Source: Paramicrosporidium saccamoebae KSL3
Lineage: Eukaryota; Fungi; Cryptomycota
Assembly (NCBI GenBank): GCA_002794465.1
Contig: MTSL01000114.1
Location: 1-32,000 of the forward strand
DNA: 32,000 nt
Direction of reading: 5' to 3'
Numbering within the stretch: the stretch's first letter is position 1; every line of letters begins with the position of its first letter. Under the pieces are notes generated by a model, which ran no database searches, was not told where the DNA came from, and was given only the letters and a program-made list of their open reading frames with translations. The position numbers and the translations under genes were made by a program. Positions 1 through 10,563 of this stretch are shown here, one piece after another.

Positions 1-2340
1 AATATTGCACCATAAACACGGACCGTGGTTGCATCAACTCTGATTAGTCCTTCACATTCCTGGTCACTAGCCAAAACTATGCTGGAGTAGGGAGAATAAA
101 CAAATATCTTGATCTACGATTTCTTGACAATGCAGAGGCTATAATGTATGCTGGATGGTTCGGCAAAGGTATTTTTCGCGACTGGCGATAGTAGTAAGAA
201 ATAGCATTTCTATATGGCAAGCTACAGACAGGTCCAGCCCCGATTAACTGGGGACTCTGACTTGTCTTGAATCAAGTGTAAGACACAAACTCCCGACAAG
301 CAGTCCATAGAACAGGTAGTAAAATAATTGGTCCGACTCTACAAACTGCCATGTTCCTCGATGAACAGGTTTGCTTATTCAAAGCTTATTGCCGTCAATG
401 TGCTTTAGATTTCTGCTACTACCCCACTGAGTAAATAACTACAAAAGACTCATTCTTAGCAACATGCCAAGGTACAATGTTTGAAGCTCTTTTGCACGAG
501 GTGCTAGAAAAATCCAAAAAATAGCATCGGACATTTATTTTAAAACAAATCAAGGGAGCTGGCGCACAATGCACTTATCAATACGCTAACATCTAGTTAT
601 TTACTGACAGCGCTTCCTGTGCCGTTTTTGCACCATCGCTAGTATTTTAAATAAAAGATTAGGAATACACTGTCAGCAGATTCTTATTTTACCGCGCGAT
701 CTATGCTAATAATCAAAAATATGCACAAAAGATTACACATCTAATTTTGAAAGGCTTTCGATGCACAAGCCAAAACCTGGATTAAATGAGTTAGGAGTAT
801 GTTAGTTTTGATTGCCTATCTGCTTCAGACTGCTAGAGGGCCCCTGCTTGCGGAATGTTTCGTAATTGATCGTGTACAAGGCTCAGATTGCACAATACGA
901 TTTTTGAGCCATCCCACAGGGCTAGCTTGAATATAGTTACACAAATTCTGCGTTCATTTTGGGGAGCTGGTCTAGACGATACAATTATTCGCGAGGATCG
1001 CCAGTAGTTGCTTTACGATACTATTCCACCGCACTACCTTGCTTGACTAAGGATGAAATAGGTTGTAAATACCTATCTCACAGCATGCGTTGGGCGTGTA
1101 ATATATCAATTCATAACTATTTTTTGAGCGAAATGCGCGAACAGCCTTCTATACTGCCTAATATTTTTAAAAACCTTTGCTATTCATGGCACTGATACAT
1201 ATATAAGGTCACTTTCTGCTCTGTGTTACACAATTATGTTTGAGTAGATCAGTCATGTACCGCGTGTATTAAACTCAAGATCAGAGTCCAAGGACGCAAT
1301 TCTCCGCCCCTATTTCCATAAAAAATTGAAGGGGTAAAGGTGGTTGAGGAATATTGCCCTACTTATTTTTATGCTAGTTTTCCTAACAGCAATTTCTTTA
1401 CCATATTCTATTCTGCATGTTTCTGCCTTTGTGATGACGACGATCGAATCTAGTCAAAGTAACATGCTCGAGTAATTAAAGAACGAAAGGGGCTCCTGAT
1501 GCTCTTTGAGCAACCTACGTGCTACTCACACTGTAATTATTTGGAGCCACTAGATCCCAAGTATCGAAAAGCAACTTTGTATTCACTATAAAGTAGCAGC
1601 GGGCGATTACTTTGGACTACACATTTGCAATAGATCTTTAACTCAGTGGCATCATTAAAAATCGAGTATTCCAGCGATAAGCTATTGCGCTAAGAAGTAA
1701 ACTATTCTGAAAGAGCTCTTTTGGTGTGCAGCAACTCGTTACCCGTGGGTACTCTATTCCGCCATTATTTTAGAACGCTTGTAGGCTTTTATTAGTCCCT
1801 TAGGAAATTGGTGCGAAATTTGGTTAGCTGGTAGAGTAGTGTGGCTCGCACCGGTTGCTAGCCATGTATTTTAATTTTTAGCCGCACATTTGTTTCTAGC
1901 GCACTCACACTCGGTCTGCTTTTTTATATTCTGCAATAAGTCACCGATGTATCGCTAGCTAGTATACATACTGCTACAGTCTTATAGTGTCTTTACTAAA
2001 CTCACGAGAGCCAAAAGTATACTACTTGATTGAATTTGGATCAACTTTCGTTGCTTGCTTATGTGCAGCTATTGTCGTCACAATAATGTGAAGACATTTT
2101 GTTTCTCATGTAGACTTATTTTTATGTGCGCTAGCAGTAATTTAGTAAGTACTTGCAAATATCTTTTGCTTGATTCGTAGCTGCAATGAAGGCAGTCTTT
2201 GATGAGGAACAAGCATTTGAATCGTTATTCTGTATTCAACAAATCCATGATTATGCCCAACGTGCCTCTGGACGGCGGACATGTTCATATTCTTTAGCGA
2301 CCGAGTGATAGTTGTAAGCCGTTTATATAGCCTAGCTCCT
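1..2340. other. ORF-poor, AT-richer segment; possibly decayed lineage-specific gene(s)
   Basis: The ORF track has only one 78-aa ORF in 2.3 kb, against near-contiguous genes elsewhere. ATG 1371 opens a signal-peptide-like start (MLVFLTAISLPYSILHVSA) that soon hits stops. Stop density in the frames I translated is about random, so pseudogene status is unproven. Confidence 0.3.
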
Positions 2341-2617
2341 TATAAATATCTTAGCAATGGATCGGTGGAAACCGATTTTGCCGTTCAGCAGTGCCCGGGA
2401 ATTTAAACGGAGATCAAGCCGAACAGGCCATAACGTGCGAAACCCTGTTAGACTGGCCAATAGCCATTATTTTTATCAGTACATGACTGTGATCTAACAC
2501 ACAAGAGATCATTTACTTTTTAACCTTCTATAGTGCCGCTTCCATGCACCGGGCATCATTTAGGTAGTTACTTTGCGGATTATGTTCTATAGACCGGGGT
2601 CAGAGCTACTACACTGG

Positions 2618-3568
2618 ATGGAATCTCAACTTGCTGACGCCGTTTTTGCAAAGCTTCAAAGTCAGTCTACTTCTATCAGTGAACAACGTAAGCCGGAGTA
2701 TATCGTACTAATTTCTAGGTAATGTCGACGAGAAGATTGCAGAAGTATACTCAAAGTAGCTTTTTCCAAGTATGACTTATGGCATAGGGTTGGCTTGATG
2801 CTGAGCCGCTACCGTTCTGGGAAAGTTCCAAAGGCGTTCAAGATCCTTCCACGTCTTAAGAACTGGGAAGATATTCTCGAGATTACACAGCCTGATGCTT
2901 GGACTCCAAATGCAACATACCAAGCCACAAAGATATTCATCTCTGGGCTAAATCCAAAGCTCGCTGAACAGTAGACGCCTCCCCTATGCTAACATGTTAG
3001 GTTTCTCTCACAGATTTTGCTCCCAAAGGTGCGACAAGACATTAATACACACAAAAAGCTAAATTCGCACCACTACGAAGCACTGAAGAAGGCAATATAC
3101 AAACCAGCTGCTTTCTTTAAGGGGATTGTTTTAGCGCTTTGCGAAGAAGCAGATACTACTCTAAAGGAAGCTACGATTGTTGCTAGCGTTGTCGGAAAGA
3201 TGAGCATTCCGGTTTTGCATTCTGCGGCCACTCTGTTGAAACTGTCCCAAGAGGGCTATTCCGGTCCCCGCAGTATTTTTATCAAAACCCTATTAGATAA
3301 GAAATACGCTCTTCCTCAGAGAGCGGTGGACTCTATGGTGGAATATTTTGGACGCTTTCACGACAGTCAGGATCGGCTCCCAGTTCTTTGGCATCAGAGT
3401 TTCTTGGTATTTGCGCAAAGATATAAGAACGACCTGACTACCGAACAACGCGCCAAGTTAATGACCTTGCTCGTAGATCAGCACCACGACCAAATATCTG
3501 CCGAAATCGCCCGTGAATTAGAACAGGGTGCCAAACACGAATCTCTAAATAGTATGCAACTAGATTAG
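2618..3568 (+). CDS. ENP1: Bystin / Enp1, 40S biogenesis factor (~285 aa)
   Basis: Removing introns 2688-2718, 2756-2787 and 2971-3000 gives SRYRSGKVPKAFKILP..WEDIL..T.PD.WTPNATYQATKIF, continuing into ORF 3017-3568 (LYxALKKAxYKPAAFFKG, LPVLWHQSFLVFAQRYK). The true start could be further upstream. Confidence 0.93.
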
Positions 3569-3660
3569 ATATAAAGACCTTAGAATCCGCCTTTATGTGT
3601 TTACTTTTAGATCAAAGACCGCGGTACTCCGGGGACCTGAGGTGGCTGGATACTACGGCT

Positions 3661-4314
3661 ATGGCAACAAGACAGGGCGAAGTCAAGCCCCTCCTCCGTG
3701 GTCAGCTTCATCGAGCAGCTTTCTACACTTACATTGTTGCCGCGGGATTCCTAATCTATTATGCCAAGGCGGGGATTGCTCGGGCTTCGCTGGCAGTCTA
3801 CCTATTTACTCTTATCAACTTGTACGGAGTGAGTACCGTGCTTCATGTGACACACTGGTGCCGTCCTTGGCTCGAGGTTCGGCTACAGAAAATTGATCAT
3901 GCAAGCATTTTCCTTCTTATCGCGGGGAATTACACCCCAATTTGCTTGTGTTGTCTCCCACCCGAAGGCTGGGTTTATGTTATGTTATTATCTGTTTGGA
4001 CGATAGCAATTGCGGGCGTCATCAAGTGCCTCGTCTGGACACACGCGCCCAAAGCTTTCAACGTAGCATTTTATTTTACATGTGGTCTTACCATTGTTCC
4101 GTTCTTTCCTAGAATTATTGACTACGTGACTTGGCAGCAAATGTCCTTTTACATCATGGGAGGAGCGATGTACTTGGCTGGTGGGGTGATTTATGGCATC
4201 GAGTATCCCGATCCATTTCCAAAAGTTTTTGGTTTCCATGAAATATTCCACGTACTTACTATAGTCGCTAATCTCTGTTTTATTGTGCCCATGAGCACAT
4301 GTATATTTAGATAA
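3661..4314 (+). CDS. Hemolysin III / PAQR-CREST family multi-TM protein (~217 aa)
   Basis: KPLLRGQLH N-terminal motif, DHASIF and FHEIFH His motifs, about 7 hydrophobic segments, no introns. Alternative in-frame ATG at 3595. Confidence 0.85.
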   Translation: MATRQGEVKPLLRGQLHRAAFYTYIVAAGFLIYYAKAGIARASLAVYLFTLINLYGVSTVLHVTHWCRPWLEVRLQKIDHASIFLLIAGNYTPICLCCLPPEGWVYVMLLSVWTIAIAGVIKCLVWTHAPKAFNVAFYFTCGLTIVPFFPRIIDYVTWQQMSFYIMGGAMYLAGGVIYGIEYPDPFPKVFGFHEIFHVLTIVANLCFIVPMSTCIFR

Positions 4315-4356
4315 ATGTCTATGTAAAGCTTGCAGCTGTGTAATGATCAGGGAGTC

Positions 4357-4421
4357 TTGATCCGTGCGAGGTTTGCGGTTGCAGTAATAATTAAGAAATT
4401 TTGATCCGTGCGAGATTTGTG
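4357..4421 (+). repeat. Direct repeat, 2 x 21 bp, period 44 bp
   Basis: ttgatccgtgcgaggtttgcg (4357-4377) versus ttgatccgtgcgagatttgtg (4401-4421). Confidence 0.85.
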
Positions 4422-4570
4422 CTTATATCTGAGATAGCGACTGGGATTTTTAATCAGTCACATATTTCCTATATTCCTGATATGATGTTGTGACATATAC
4501 TCTCTCACAATTTGTTACTGCTTTGGGATCTTGTTTATACGGCCTTATCCAATCATGTGGGACGAGCGGC

Positions 4571-5125
4571 ATGCTGTATCGAGCAGTTGCCAAAAGTGAA
4601 TTTTCTGGCCAGTCACCAGATGAACTCACTTTTACAACGGGTGCAATTGTAGATGTTGTGTCAGACCTTTTAGATGGGTGGGCATGGTCCCTGAATCCCG
4701 TCACTGGGGCATCCGGAAAGGCACCACTAGAATTACTCGAACGCATCACCAGCTACGATGCTCTTGAGCTCTACTGGGCTGGTATGCAAACTTTTCCTTG
4801 CTCGAACTCGTTTGAACAACCGGACAAGCCTCTTCCGGCCACATATGTACGACAGGATGGACGTGTAGCTAAAATTGTCCCAGTATTAGGTTTTATAATG
4901 TTTGATTTTTGTGGATCCTTGCCTAGGGAGCTATCGGTATTTAAATACGATATTGTCCAAGTTATAGGAGACATTTCCGCCGGTACTATTGTTGTTAGGC
5001 TTCATATTCCGGGTGAAATGAAAGTTCGAGAAGGCATGATTCCCAGGTCAATCCTCGAGATTCAACAGACTACGAGGAGCAAATGTCTTAGAAACCGAAT
5101 AACGGTGGAAACTGACGAAAAGTAG
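4571..5125 (+). CDS. Small protein with two SH3-like domains (~184 aa)
   Basis: AVAKSEFSGQSPDELTFTTGAIVDV..DGW..GKAP is SH3-like. A second degenerate copy reads IMFDFCGSLPRELSVFKYDIVQV..GMIPRSIL. Start codon is uncertain. Confidence 0.65.
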   Translation: MLYRAVAKSEFSGQSPDELTFTTGAIVDVVSDLLDGWAWSLNPVTGASGKAPLELLERITSYDALELYWAGMQTFPCSNSFEQPDKPLPATYVRQDGRVAKIVPVLGFIMFDFCGSLPRELSVFKYDIVQVIGDISAGTIVVRLHIPGEMKVREGMIPRSILEIQQTTRSKCLRNRITVETDEK

Positions 5126-5329
5126 TTAATGTTTGAGAGGTTTGTAGGGAAGCGTATGGGAGGAACCTAATGGTCAGCTTAGAGTTGTAGTATTAGGGAT
5201 CATTTATTGGAGCTTTTCGGTCCGGTATATACACATATTATCCCTTGTACCAAGAATACATTTTCCTCCATGCACCAAAAATCTACTCTTACCAAATATA
5301 TACTCTTTGACACACTTACAATATTTATT

Positions 5330-7207
5330 TTACTTGCCCTTTTTGGCACGCGAGAGAGCCCACAAGGCGGTAAAGCCTGATATCAATAGGATGATGTAGA
5401 TTCCCAAAAGAATGAGACAGCTTTCGAGGATGGTCGGGCCTCCTTCCATGCTTAGCTGTTTGAGAGCAATTCCACCTGAACAGGGACTTTTAAGCGGGAG
5501 CGGACAATCTGGAATTTGCAATCCCGAGAACTCGTTTTTGACTGCGGCGTTGAATGCATAAAATGTAGGTGAGATATATTTAATCCAACTTAGCCATGCT
5601 GGAAGAGATCCCGTGTTGACATAAAGTCCAGAGAAGAGCATCAAGGGTAAAAGCAGCATCGGAAGCACGGCCAGTCCGATCCCCATATTCGGGAACGCGG
5701 CACCTGCAACGATTCCCAAACCCATTCCACATAGCGCAATCAGCATGGCAATGAGAACAAGAATAATGAACTTTCCAAAAGTTTCCTGGAACCCGATCAT
5801 AAAGTACGAGATCAGGACAAGAAAGAGCGGCGCCAAGATTTGGATTGGCAACTCGACAGCAATCTTGGTAAAGTAGTAGGCCGATAGGGAGTAGTATCCC
5901 TGGGAGTATTCTCTCAGGAAAATTGGCCGCTCCTGGGAGAAAGCAGATAGCACACCCATGGATGATCCCATAAATTGATTGAGGACAATGAAGAACAGAG
6001 CGCCCGTACGATCCTGGATCTGTGCCTGGAACGGCTTCGAAGGGATATCAAAGTAAATTACTCCGATCAATAACCCGATAAATATAGACTGGAAGAGCTT
6101 TACCTGTGCAACCATCTTGTTCCTTAACACGTTACGAAACGCGCGTTTCAACAAATATGCAGTCTGGGAAGGAATTGAAGCTTTGGTACGCACAGCGGTG
6201 GCTGGGATTTCCCTCGCTACAAGGCCCTCAAGCTCCAAGACAAGCTCCTTATTCTCCAGAGATTCGTTCCACGCAAGAAGCATCCTGGAGACCCTCTCAT
6301 TAGAGTCTTGTACGTGAGTGTTAAGGACTTCCATGAAGATGTAATCGGCAGGATTCGAATAGTGCGGGCACTGATATCCGTTTCGAGTAAAATAATCAAC
6401 AACGTTCTCGGTGGGGCCATGATACATTACTTGGCCTTGAGCAAGAAGTAGCAAATCGTCGAAAAGATGGAAAGTCTCGGAACTGGGCTGGTGAATGGTC
6501 GCAATGACAGTTCTTCCCTGCTCATGAGCTAATTGCTGCAGCGTGGAGACAACATTGAATGCAGTGAAGGTGTCCAACCCCGAAGTTGGCTCATCCAAGA
6601 ACAGAATGGCAGGGTTTGTAATCATCTCCATGCCAATGGCTGTTCTCTTCCTTTCACCGCCAGAGATTCCTTTCTTCATAGACGAACCAACGATGGTGTT
6701 CTGGCATCCTTCAAGACCCAATATATTCAATAGATCATTCACTCGCTCCTCCTGATCTGAAACGCCAGATAATCTCAGAGTAGCACTCATCTGGAGTGCT
6801 TCCTTGACAGTCATAGTGTCCAGAAGGACATCATCTTGATGTACATAGCCTGAAATATTTCTCATCTTTACCTCATGGTCAGTTGTAGTCTGCCCATTAA
6901 CAAGAATGTTGCCACTCAAACTACTCTTCTTTGAGATTCCCGTCACGGCGGCGAGAATGTTTAGCAGCGTGGTCTTGCCGGCTCCAGAAGCGCCCATGAC
7001 AGCCGTAGTTCTTCCTGCACGGAACAGCGCATTAACTCGATCCAAGATTACTTTAGGAGGCGAGTCTTTGAGCTTTGAAGGCACCGAAAATGTAACATTT
7101 TGACACGATAAAGTAAGGCTTGCATCGGGTCTGGCCAATACAGAATCCCGTTTCATATAGGACACGTTGAGCACTTCATGTTGTTGCTTGAAAGAGGCGT
7201 CTGCCAT
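5330..7207 (-). CDS. ABCG (White-family) half transporter, NBD-TMD
   Basis: Walker A GASGAGKTT, signature ISGGERKR, LFLDEPTSGLD, TIHQP and C-terminal TM helices. ATG 7207 preferred; ATG 7291 would overlap the VPS45 start codon. Confidence 0.95.
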   Translation of the reverse strand: MADASFKQQHEVLNVSYMKRDSVLARPDASLTLSCQNVTFSVPSKLKDSPPKVILDRVNALFRAGRTTAVMGASGAGKTTLLNILAAVTGISKKSSLSGNILVNGQTTTDHEVKMRNISGYVHQDDVLLDTMTVKEALQMSATLRLSGVSDQEERVNDLLNILGLEGCQNTIVGSSMKKGISGGERKRTAIGMEMITNPAILFLDEPTSGLDTFTAFNVVSTLQQLAHEQGRTVIATIHQPSSETFHLFDDLLLLAQGQVMYHGPTENVVDYFTRNGYQCPHYSNPADYIFMEVLNTHVQDSNERVSRMLLAWNESLENKELVLELEGLVAREIPATAVRTKASIPSQTAYLLKRAFRNVLRNKMVAQVKLFQSIFIGLLIGVIYFDIPSKPFQAQIQDRTGALFFIVLNQFMGSSMGVLSAFSQERPIFLREYSQGYYSLSAYYFTKIAVELPIQILAPLFLVLISYFMIGFQETFGKFIILVLIAMLIALCGMGLGIVAGAAFPNMGIGLAVLPMLLLPLMLFSGLYVNTGSLPAWLSWIKYISPTFYAFNAAVKNEFSGLQIPDCPLPLKSPCSGGIALKQLSMEGGPTILESCLILLGIYIILLISGFTALWALSRAKKGK

Positions 7208-7289
7208 TGATGAAGCAAAGGACGCCACGCCATTTTTGGACAGAATGCGTTGAAATAGTAAAATGCAAATTGCAGTAAATTTGTTAAAC

Positions 7290-9145
7290 ATGTGGTTGGA
7301 TGTCAATGTTGCATTTCGGAGATATGTCGAAAAGATGGTTTCCTCCACTGAAGGGATGAAGATTTTACTACTCGATAGAGAGACAGTAGAACATTATATT
7401 AATCTCATCGCTAGGCTGGGATGCTGAGTTCGGTGGTCTCCCAGTCGTACTTGTTAGAGAATGAAGTTTATTTGACTGATTTCCTGGCAAATGTGAACCG
7501 CGAAGAGATTGGTGGCCTGAAATGTCTAGTTTTTGTCCGGCCTACGGCTGTAAACGTTGACCTTGTCATTAGAGAGCTCTACGAGCCGAGGTATCCGGAA
7601 TATCATATCTGTATTTGCGTTGATGATTTGAATGCTTCATTTAGAAAGATTTGTCAAACAGTCTAAAGAATGTGCAATTAGAACGGATAGCAGAGGCAGA
7701 CAAATTTGAAGTTGTGCACCAAGTCCAGGTATCATGGGAGACAGTGTCGTCAATATTTTAGGAATATTTTGCTGATTTCTATGTCTTGCACGAGAATCAT
7801 GCAAGCCTGCAGCTTGGGTCTGTAATTGGCCAACAGTTGAATTCGTGGAATCGCAAACTGCTGTGCCGCTCAACCGAGGGACTAGGAGCACTACTTCTCA
7901 GTTTGAGGAAGCGGCCATTAATTAGATACGACCGGGCGTCTTTGATGGCCACCAACTTGGCACACGAGATTCATGACTTGATGGAAAAGGAAGAGGGACT
8001 CTTTGATTTCCGACAGTCTGACTCTAGTCCAATTTTGCTGATTCTTGACAGAAGATTTGACTTGATAACTCCACTGCTACTACAATGGACATACCAAGCC
8101 ATGGTTCACGAAATCTTTGGAATTAGTAATGGCAGGGTGAATCTTGACGTGGATGCTTTGTCGGGATCCCTTGAAGATCCGCCGGTAAACAAGTCTGGTA
8201 CTCGGGAGCACGTCATTTGCACCGGTCAAGATGCATTTTACCGAGACAATGTGGACAGCACCTTTGGTGATTTAGGAGAAAATGTCCGCATGCTTGTTCA
8301 AACATTTCAGGAACGAACTCTGCAGCACCAAAGCCAACTGGATTCTATCCCTTCCATGAAGCGGTTTATTGAGGACTACCCAGAGTATCGTCGCATGTCC
8401 ACATATGTCTCAAAGCATGTTGCTCTGGTAGGGGAAATATCAAAACGGGTGGAAGCCTTTAATCTCTTGCAGCTCTCTGAAATTGAACAAAATATTGTTA
8501 CCAACACAGGGAACATTCAGGAAGTCACTTTTATGCTGCAGCGAGAGGATATCGCACATCGACTAAAGGTGAAGCTTGCAATTATTTATGCACTTTGTCA
8601 TTCCCAATCTCCGGCCTTTGACTTTTTGTCATTTATCGATTTGCTTAGAAATTGCGAATTTTCGCCAGATGATATTTCTGTATGTTTCCTTGATTGTCAG
8701 TTTACTTTGTAGCTTGTCGACTTTGCAATGAAATTTTCTCTTCCAGATATGGTCCCATCGTCCGATGCCATTTCCATGAGCAGTCTTCGGGGGCGGGGCC
8801 TTGCTTCCCTCTCCAATCAAGTAGTGCTTGGATGCCATTCATAGTCTGTAGGACAACTCTAATGTGTACACAAGGCATGTCCCTCCCATTTTGGATATTG
8901 TGGATTCTTTGGTACGGGGCAGGCTACCTCTGTCAAATTATCCCTTTCTGAAGAGCCCCTCTACAGATCGACCGCAGGAAATTATCGTGTTTATGGTAAA
9001 CGGAACTACTTACGAGGAAGCGTCGTATTTACGGAAATACTGCCAACTGCTTCCTGGTGTCAGCGTCGTCTTGGCAGGAACGACTGTACACAACAGTTCT
9101 AGTATTATGGATGAGCTCTTGCAAATCCGTGATGAAGTGCTGTGA
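7290..9145 (+). CDS. VPS45: Vps45, Sec1/Munc18-family protein (~563 aa)
   Basis: Introns 7386-7414, 7611-7648, 7729-7761, 8680-8712 and 8821-8851 give an intact frame with MKILLLDRET, SQSYLLENEVYL, LLILDRRFDLITPLLLQWTYQAMVHE, NVYTRHVP and IIVFMVNGTTYEEA. Confidence 0.95.
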
Positions 9146-9191
9146 AGCATTGGATGCAGTGAAAGTAGCGAATGTGGCTAATTAAGTCAAT

Positions 9192-9330
9192 GTCGATTCT
9201 ACTGCTAATCAGTGGATTTATGCGGATATATCGGGTATCGACTCTATTACTAATTAGTGGACTGATGGTGGCGTAGTGGGCGTCAATTATACTATCAATC
9301 AGTGAGTATCGATTCTTTATTCATCAACGG
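9192..9330. repeat. Degenerate tandem repeat, ~45-bp period
   Basis: Units start at 9192 (gtcgattctactgctaatcagtggatttatg), 9237 (atcgactctattactaattagtggactgatg; 24/31 identical to the first) and 9282 (gtcaattatactatcaatcagtgag). Confidence 0.7.
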
Positions 9331-9469
9331 ATTTACAATTGGTTGATTCTCGAGTACCGGATTTCAAGGCATATCTGCATCTGTTTACCCATTTGTGAAA
9401 CTATCAGGACTGTTCAATCAAAAATAAACAAGCTTCTTCTAACAAGCCTTTGTTGCAATATTATAGCCA

Positions 9470-9941
9470 TCATATTCCTAGCATTGTTGATAGGTGTAGC
9501 GTCTGTTTAGATTTTTTCTCTCGATCTTTCATATCTTGCATTACTTGTATCCTCTCATGGACCTTTTCCACCGATTCCCATCCCACAAATGACGGTAACC
9601 CAAAGTCATCGGTAGCTTCATCAATTACATCCACACGGCCTTCTGCATCGGTTTCAACCAAGCGTCTCGTAAGGGCTTGGGCATCATTAAGACTGGTACC
9701 GTAGACACTGGTAGCACTGCGGTCTGCTAATCGTTGCATGAGTTCGCCCATGTCAGGTGTTTCGTCCAACAAATATCCACAGAATGGGCAAGCATCACCT
9801 TTTTCCTGGGAGCACTGGATTCTCCCGCATGTTAAGCAGTTGGAGGTGTACTTATGAACCTGTCCTGGAAATCTTAAATTACGCAGAGTCAAAGGTACCT
9901 TGGCAAGAGCAAGCGCCCGCAGCTTGCGGCCAGCCTTGCAT
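9470..9941 (-). CDS. RQT4: C2HC5 zinc-finger protein, TRIP4/ASC-1/Rqt4-like, very short (~145 aa)
   Basis: A 34-bp intron (9898-9865) restores the complete finger: ACSCQGQVHKYTSNCLTCGRIQCSQEKGDACPFCG. Confidence 0.8.
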
Positions 9942-9971
9942 TCTAGAGTCCCAGGGTGGGACAGAGTTGAC

Positions 9972-10330
9972 ATGCAAGACGAGGTATCTTTGCCAGTCGT
10001 GACGCTGATTATTTATTGCAGTATTTCGTCTTGGATTTTGGAGATGACCCTGACATCCACGCTCTTTTGCAGCGCATCCCCCATGACCGCGTAGCCTATA
10101 ATACCCACGTACGCCTCTGACCACACTAGCCCACCTTTTAGTTTTCTGAAAATGCAGCCTCTGTCACGGTAGATATCAATGGGATGCTGTTTAAGGGACC
10201 AAGCCTGCCCACTATTGGCACCGATCTGATTACTGTCAAGTCTGAAGGACAACATCAAGTTCTTGCGACTTCCACGAGACGATATGTTGTAAAACAGTTT
10301 GTACAGAGTCTATCAGACGATGTGCAGTAA
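9972..10330 (+). CDS. GTF3C6: TFIIIC subunit 6-like (GTF3C6/Sfc7; ~95 aa), absent from the ORF track
   Basis: Introns 9984-10021 and 10109-10141 give MQDEYFVLDFG...VTVDINGMLFKGPSLPTIGTDLI, which resembles the TFIIIC_sub6 pattern (EY.vLD ... i.g..f.G.....lGT.liF) from memory. Confidence 0.68.
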
Positions 10331-10416
10331 GACAGCTTGGACATAAAGTGGCATGTTGTAAAGCAATCTGTTCAAAGTTTATAAATCCTATAATTACTAT
10401 AGACTCGACATGCAAG

Positions 10417-10499
10417 GGCAAGATGGCCGAGTGGTTAAGGCGTCAGGTTTAGGCCCTGATCTCCGCGAGGGGGCAAGGGTTCGAACCCCTTTCTTGTCA
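10417..10499 (+). tRNA. tRNA-Leu(UAG), 83 nt, long variable arm
   Basis: Acceptor stem GGCAAGA/TCTTGTC, anticodon arm TCAGG-TTTAGGC-CCTGA, T-loop GGTTCGAAC, TTTT just downstream. Confidence 0.95.
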
Positions 10500-10563
10500 A
10501 TTACCTTTTGTCTGCTTCACTTTTGCAGGCACTACTGGGAGGATCTAAAAACTGCTGGGTTTA

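Noticed and set aside
959-1195. 78-aa ORF
   Set aside because: TTG start, no motif, and a length expected by chance.
1-2340. RIP-like hypermutation
   Set aside because: Hand counts over 1801-2160 gave TpA/ApT about 1.3, but (CpA+TpG)/(ApC+GpT) about 1.06, so the substrate dinucleotides are not depleted.
9192-9330. CRISPR array or Kelch repeats
   Set aside because: Eukaryotic context and divergent units with no repeat-spacer structure. The 15-aa period is far shorter than a Kelch blade, despite the D..TNQW likeness.
9879-10258. Minus-strand ORFs 9879-10124 and 10013-10258
   Set aside because: They overlap the spliced + strand GTF3C6-like gene. Only 9941-9899 is used, as RQT4 exon 1.
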